A stretch of DNA of 35,415 nucleotides from Chthoniobacteraceae bacterium (GTDB taxonomy: Bacteria; Verrucomicrobiota; Verrucomicrobiia; Chthoniobacterales; Chthoniobacteraceae): contig JBEBGD010000058.1 in assembly GCA_040081625.1 (NCBI GenBank), positions 1 to 35,415 on the forward strand, given 5' to 3'. The translations under genes and the position numbers were made by a program. Positions 34,684-35,415 of the stretch are shown here, piece after piece. The notes beneath the pieces were generated by a model, which worked only from the letters and a program-made list of their open reading frames with translations, was not told the DNA's origin and ran no database searches. How positions within the stretch are numbered: the stretch's first letter is position 1; each line of letters opens with the position of its first letter.

Positions 34684-35415
34684 ATGACGCACGAAATCCG
34701 TCCCGGACAGCTCCGCGCCCTGCTGTGGCTGCTCGTCCTGCTGCCGCTGATCCCGATGGGATTGATGCTGCAGTTGATGGCCGAGACGCTGCGCACGCAG
34801 CGGACGGGGAATTTCGAGCGGCTCAGCGCGATCTATCAGCAGACGCTCGACAACGCCGAGGCCGGCTTCGGGCGCCACATCGCGGCGCTCGGCACTCCGC
34901 CGACGCCCGCCGACGCGCATCAGTTCTTCCGGGCTCAGCTCGATCGCGATGTGACGCTGCGGGTGATCGACTCGAGCGGTGGCGACGCGCCATCGCGCGA
35001 GCCCGTCGCGCAAAAGCCGCTCAAGCAGTTCAGCCTGCCGTGGACGGTGCAGGTGTTCCTGCTCGACGAGCAAAGCCTCGCGCTCGGTGTGAGGGAACAG
35101 TTCCAGACGTATCTCAAGATCGTGCTCGGCGCGCTGCTGGTGATCGTCGCGATCGCGGCTGCCGCGGCCTTCACCGTGGGCCGCCAGATCGAACTGCGCG
35201 AGTTGCGCACGACGGCGGTGGCGACCGTCGCGCACGAACTGCGCACGCCGCTCGCCTCCATGCGAATGCTCGTGGATACGCTGCGCGAAGGGCGCGTCCG
35301 CAACGAGGAGCAGGCGCGCGAGTATCTCGATCTCATCGCCGACGAGAACGCCCGGTTGAGCCGGCTGGCGGAAGATTTTCTCACCTTCTCGCGGCTCGAG
35401 CGCGGCAAGCAGCAG
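34684..35415 (+). CDS. Two-component sensor histidine kinase (HisKA), 3'-truncated by window edge
   Basis: Not in the ORF track because it has no stop. MTHEIRPGQLRALLWLLVLLPLIP..., two TM helices flanking a periplasmic domain, H-box TVAHELRTPLASMRMLVDTL, ENARLSRLAEDFLTFSRLE. Confidence 0.92.
   Translation, partial: MTHEIRPGQLRALLWLLVLLPLIPMGLMLQLMAETLRTQRTGNFERLSAIYQQTLDNAEAGFGRHIAALGTPPTPADAHQFFRAQLDRDVTLRVIDSSGGDAPSREPVAQKPLKQFSLPWTVQVFLLDEQSLALGVREQFQTYLKIVLGALLVIVAIAAAAAFTVGRQIELRELRTTAVATVAHELRTPLASMRMLVDTLREGRVRNEEQAREYLDLIADENARLSRLAEDFLTFSRLERGKQQ

Overview
High-GC bacterial chromosomal window. Protein styles and repeat types suggest Verrucomicrobiota/PVC, but that is inference. About 0.3-24.6 kb is a cell-surface glycan locus: glf, a polyprenol-phosphate-type GT2, two GT-C/YfhO-like membrane proteins, a Wzy/WaaL-like protein, two membrane-anchored SGNH proteins, a 65-aa DUF5989/SxtK-like peptide, two SAM methyltransferases, a Wzx flippase, seven GT4s, a second GT2 and a UDP-sugar dehydrogenase. 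About 24.8-35.4 kb is metabolic: rhaA divergent from lutABC, glgE, a lower-GC two-gene islet of unknown function, an AmgK-like kinase, an RMDN-like TPR protein and a truncated sensor kinase. Two different REP-like palindromic elements lie between convergent genes. The most interesting observation is the small peptide ending in FIYTLF, which matches the DltX/PatC/AlgI tyrosine acyl-shuttle hexapeptide and sits next to two SGNH genes. This suggests a peptide-relay system that modifies the glycan. No rRNA, tRNA, CRISPR array or transposase was recognised.
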